Translations under genes and position numbers: made by a program
Virus record (IMG/VR): IMGVR_UViG_3300031920_000103
Span: 74,694 to 111,873 of that record
DNA from: a virus
Strand: one strand, 5' to 3'
DNA: 37,180 bases
Shown here: piece after piece, positions 34,188 to 37,180 of the stretch
Numbering within the stretch: the first letter of the stretch is position 1
How the letters are laid out: each line of letters starts with the position of its first letter
Notes under the pieces: model-generated
Databases searched by the model: none
What the model was told of the DNA's origin: nothing
What the model saw: the letters and a program-made list of their open reading frames with translations, nothing else

Positions 34188-34576
34188 TTTTCCTCTGGTG
34201 GAACCGTCTGCGAAAGCAGTGTGTCGGAAAATGGGATCTCGCCGTGCCATTGGCAACTGATCGCGCCGGTACCGTTCTCAATCGGTAGCCAGTGCACGCG
34301 CGTTTGACATGACAAGCCGGCCTCCCTCGCGCGCATCTCTCGCGCCGGTTTCATACAAACGCGAGGCTCGCCCATTTGCATTCGCGTGTTTTCCTCAACG
34401 CTCAAATCAAAGCAAACGTCGGTGTGCGGGTTTGGTAATCCGTTGCCTGCATCTCTCAAAATAAACTCGCTCCCATTTTTCATTAAAAGTAAAATTGTCG
34501 ACGCGAATTTTAGCGCCCTGCCGCCCGGTGCCGGTAATAACTTTTCCGGGTAGTGTTTTACACGCGTGCCCCTCAT
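34184..34576 (-). CDS. Hypothetical protein
   Basis: ATGA-coupled at both ends. Confidence 0.6.
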   Translation of the reverse strand: MRGTRVKHYPEKLLPAPGGRALKFASTILLLMKNGSEFILRDAGNGLPNPHTDVCFDLSVEENTRMQMGEPRVCMKPAREMRAREAGLSCQTRVHWLPIENGTGAISCQWHGEIPFSDTLLSQTVPPEEK

Positions 34577-34848
34577 CGGAAGATCGACGATTGCAAAAAC
34601 AGCGCTGTGCGCTTCGGCTTTGGCCCTGCGATCGGGAAGGTGTCAGACCATGAAACCTCGCCATGCGATACGCACGCGATAATGCCGGCCGTGAATTGTC
34701 TAGGCGCAAACATGATAGTACCGCCGCAACACGAATGCCCCCGGTGCTCACCTAGCCGCATTCGCGTGCCCTGCGCATCGGTCAGGTATAGCGTAGGTTT
34801 TCCGTCGCGCTCGCTCAACCCCAAGCCCCTGCGATGCAACCCCAACAA
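34573..34848 (-). CDS. Hypothetical protein (start uncertain)
   Basis: Stop coupled to the downstream ATG; weak TTG start. Confidence 0.4.
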   Translation of the reverse strand: MLGLHRRGLGLSERDGKPTLYLTDAQGTRMRLGEHRGHSCCGGTIMFAPRQFTAGIIACVSHGEVSWSDTFPIAGPKPKRTALFLQSSIFR

Positions 34849-34864
34849 ATGCTTTCGCGGTCGT

Positions 34865-35083
34865 TCATTTGTTTAACCGCCTCACGCTATCAACGCGCCG
34901 TGCTACGTCTAACCAATCCTCGTTGAATCGGCACAGCGCGGCCCCACTATGCACGACCCACCCGGCCGGCTCCGCAATGCCTAGCGCTTGAAGCTCGCCG
35001 CGATCGATCGTAGTGATGCCGTACACGTCTAGCCGTACCATTAAAGTCTCGACACGAAGTGTTTTTGGCCAACGCGTGCTCAC
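34865..35083 (-). CDS. Hypothetical protein
   Basis: GTG 35083 overlaps the upstream stop. Confidence 0.5.
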   Translation of the reverse strand: MSTRWPKTLRVETLMVRLDVYGITTIDRGELQALGIAEPAGWVVHSGAALCRFNEDWLDVARRVDSVRRLNK

Positions 35084-35253
35084 CGCTCGACAACCTTTGC
35101 GACGGGTAGTTGTGTCGATCTGCATGACTTGCGCGTGTGCCTGCAACCAACCGCGCGCCGGTAATTACTCAACCACGATCGCACAAGCCCGCCCGCGCCT
35201 AGCAGTATGAAGCACTGCACGATCGATGGTAGGCGTAGGAACTCGTCGATCAT
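35080..35253 (-). CDS. Small membrane protein
   Basis: ATG 35253 (ATGA overlap); IVQCFILLGAGGLV hydrophobic stretch. Confidence 0.5.
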   Translation of the reverse strand: MIDEFLRLPSIVQCFILLGAGGLVRSWLSNYRRAVGCRHTRKSCRSTQLPVAKVVER

Positions 35254-35483
35254 TCTATTGCCTCGATACACGCAACGCAAAGAAGCGCTTTTAGAGACGG
35301 CCATTCGACCACTCCCCGGCAATCTACCCGCAAAATGTCATAGCGCGAAATACGCTCACCGGTGCACAGAAAAGCCGCGTCGGCACTTAGGCAATGGATC
35401 TTGTTGCCGTCATCGATATCGCGGTGTAGCTCCACGCCCGACCACCCGAGCCGTAGCCGCGTATCGAATTCTTGCGGGCTCAC
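35250..35483 (-). CDS. H-C-CxxC zinc-finger protein
   Basis: IH...FLC...CVAC; GTG 35483 overlaps the upstream stop. Confidence 0.6.
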   Translation of the reverse strand: MSPQEFDTRLRLGWSGVELHRDIDDGNKIHCLSADAAFLCTGERISRYDILRVDCRGVVEWPSLKALLCVACIEAIE

Positions 35484-35794
35484 AGAATCGACCTCGCGAA
35501 CGCAACCCAACAGTGTTGGCAATTGTCGGGCTCGTCAGCGGCCTTGAAACCAAACGGGTGTATGCCCTCGGTCTCGCCAAACGTCGTCATTTTACAATAC
35601 GACTCGCGACCCTTTGCCCTCGATTTGCTGCGGTCGAATAGGTGCACCCAACCAACTTTGTCGTCGCGGCGAAACGAGAACTTGCGTTGCATCCGGCCTT
35701 TTAGCGGTCGGTCGCCTAGCTGCAATCGCGTCGCCACTAGCGCGATTGCGTCGGAGTCGGTAAGTAGCTCGCTCAAGGCTTCCACACTTGCCAC
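35480..35794 (-). CDS. H-C-CxxC zinc-finger protein
   Basis: VH...SYC...CQHC. Confidence 0.6.
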   Translation of the reverse strand: MASVEALSELLTDSDAIALVATRLQLGDRPLKGRMQRKFSFRRDDKVGWVHLFDRSKSRAKGRESYCKMTTFGETEGIHPFGFKAADEPDNCQHCWVAFARSIL

Positions 35795-35879
35795 GCTCTA
35801 AGCCCGCGCCCCATGGTTGCTAGCACGCTTTGCCCCTTGGCGGCATTGCCCGGCCTCGACCCACCGCCCGCGTTGTGCA

Positions 35880-36389
35880 TCATGTTGGCAAGCTCGGTAT
35901 CAGCCCCAAACTCACGCGACCGAAACCCCCGAGTCGATAGGTAGACTCAATAAATGCAAGTTGTGCCGAACGACTCGACTTGTTCCACCGATCGACCCTC
36001 CCTATTCCGTAGGACGCGCCCGCCCACACAATAAAATTGACGGGGAACGGCAACACAAAGACAAACACAATGCAGGATAGCGCTAGGGCTGCGAGCACTA
36101 AGCCGCGCCGGCAATACCGCTGCAACTCGCGGGTCTTTGCCGTCACAAACCGGTACTCAGTAGCCATCTGCGGATGCGTTGGCACTGGCCCCGGTTTGTA
36201 GGGCAGGAACAACAGCGCGATTAGGTGCGGCGTGCCGTAGCGCTTGCGGTTCGGCGCTTTGACGCGCTTAAAAATCCCGCCCACGCTCTTGAGGTTCGCA
36301 CGGGTTAGCTTTGCGCACCGCCGTTCGTAGCGGTGCGCGCCCCACCGGTTGCGCGCCCGCTTTAAAGCGCCGGTGATTCCCGTCCCCAT
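35880..36389 (-). CDS. Basic membrane protein
   Basis: ATG 36389 after a TTGACA promoter; hydrophobic hairpin GLVLAALALSCIVFVFVLPFPVNFIVWAGASYGIG. Confidence 0.55.
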   Translation of the reverse strand: MGTGITGALKRARNRWGAHRYERRCAKLTRANLKSVGGIFKRVKAPNRKRYGTPHLIALLFLPYKPGPVPTHPQMATEYRFVTAKTRELQRYCRRGLVLAALALSCIVFVFVLPFPVNFIVWAGASYGIGRVDRWNKSSRSAQLAFIESTYRLGGFGRVSLGLIPSLPT

Positions 36390-36396
36390 AGCTAAA

Positions 36397-36425
36397 TTTT
36401 TACGAGCTTTAAACCGGCATGTCAA
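36397..36425 (-). promoter_or_regulatory. sigma70-like leftward promoter
   Basis: TTGACA-17 bp-TAAAAA(T) with an A-rich upstream region, 7 nt before ATG 36389. Confidence 0.6.
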
Positions 36426-36968
36426 AAGGTATTTTGCAATTTTGGTATTTTTTGCAACCTTAGTCCTAAGAGGTAAAAAGTTGTTGCGCAAATTCAGGGC
36501 GGCAGAACATCCCGTTTTATAGGCTGAAAACGGCCGATCTTGGGGGGGTAACTACCTTTGCCTACCCCGCTAAGTGCCTGTAATTACTAGGGTAGGCAAG
36601 GTGTGCAAAGGAAGGTGCCTTGTCCCCCAGCGGATACCTTGCGCACCTTGCCTACACGCTTTGCGCTTTTTGCCGTGCCAAGTAGTGCCCTGTGCCGAGC
36701 CGCCTTGCTGTGGGGGATCTTCTTTGTCCTACTCGCGGCCACCTTGCGCCCTCTGTGCGCTGTGTGGGTTCGAGCCCTGTGCGCTCTTTGCGCATGTTGC
36801 CCCATGTTGCGCCATTATGAATTGCAAGAGCGACCCCCCCGCCCCCTCACGCGCGCCCCGCTTTATATGCAGCGCGCTAAAATAAAAATGATCGAGGTGC
36901 CCCCGCCCCTGTATAGCGGGGAGATCTGCACGCCTTGCAAGTTATCTCGATCAGCACGACTTTAACCC

Positions 36969-36997
36969 TTGCGCTCTTCCCCGTTTATCTGCATAAT
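36969..36997 (+). promoter_or_regulatory. sigma70-like rightward promoter
   Basis: TTGCGC-17 bp-CATAAT with TG immediately upstream of the -10. Confidence 0.55.
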
Positions 36998-37180
36998 AGA
37001 AAGCATGGAAGGGAACAACACAGGGAACGGGCTTTGAGAGCGTGACTGCTCACCCCCTCGATTGGCTTATGGTCGAGGGGATAGCAGCCGAATCAAATAG
37101 CAAATGCGACGGTCAGCTACCCGGCCTTAATACGGTAGCCCACGCATAGGTCTAACGCGGATCTCGACACCGGGCAGCGA

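Noticed and set aside
36571-36585. IHF-like site TAAGTGCCTGTAA within the inverted repeat
   Set aside because: Three mismatches to the YAANNNNTTGATW consensus; too weak to call.
1-37180. Alternative genetic code (TAG reassignment) suggested by abundant TAG/CTAG
   Set aside because: Conserved genes are full length under the standard code and TAG falls at expected gene ends.
1-37180. tRNA genes, integrase/att sites, reverse transcriptase or DGR repeats
   Set aside because: No cloverleaf, recombinase or RT motifs, and no TR/VR-like repeat pair were seen by eye.

Overview
Part of a tailed (myovirus-type) phage or prophage genome, almost all on the minus strand. Reading right to left: a non-coding control region with divergent sigma70-like promoters (~36.4-37.2 kb); about 9 kb of small, translationally coupled accessory genes (dCMP deaminase, membrane-anchored metzincin, many Cys/His zinc-finger proteins); an intein-containing large terminase; an accessory island; then portal, Mu-F/SPP1 gp7-like protein, XkdF-type prohead protease, scaffold-like proteins, HK97-fold major capsid, neck proteins, contractile sheath, T4 gp19-like tube, chaperones, tape measure and the start of an eCIS-like baseplate. 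Gene content is reminiscent of Myxococcota prophages (from memory, not verified). Highlights: (1) both free-standing homing endonuclease genes sit in the last ~5 codons of a structural gene, flanked by two synonymously recoded copies of that gene's C-terminus (ELAS* / VPVV*); (2) the prohead protease appears split, with its EVSLVDxxAN strand at the N-terminus of the next (scaffold) gene; (3) head-module proteins share a C-terminal WPxDMxK..PExW motif and hydrophobic-x-K-[A/S] putative cleavage sites, including a His-rich GxHxH-repeat protein; (4) five dispersed H-C-CxxC zinc-finger paralogs; (5) many putative leaderless promoters. All family assignments come from motifs recognised by eye, not from database searches.
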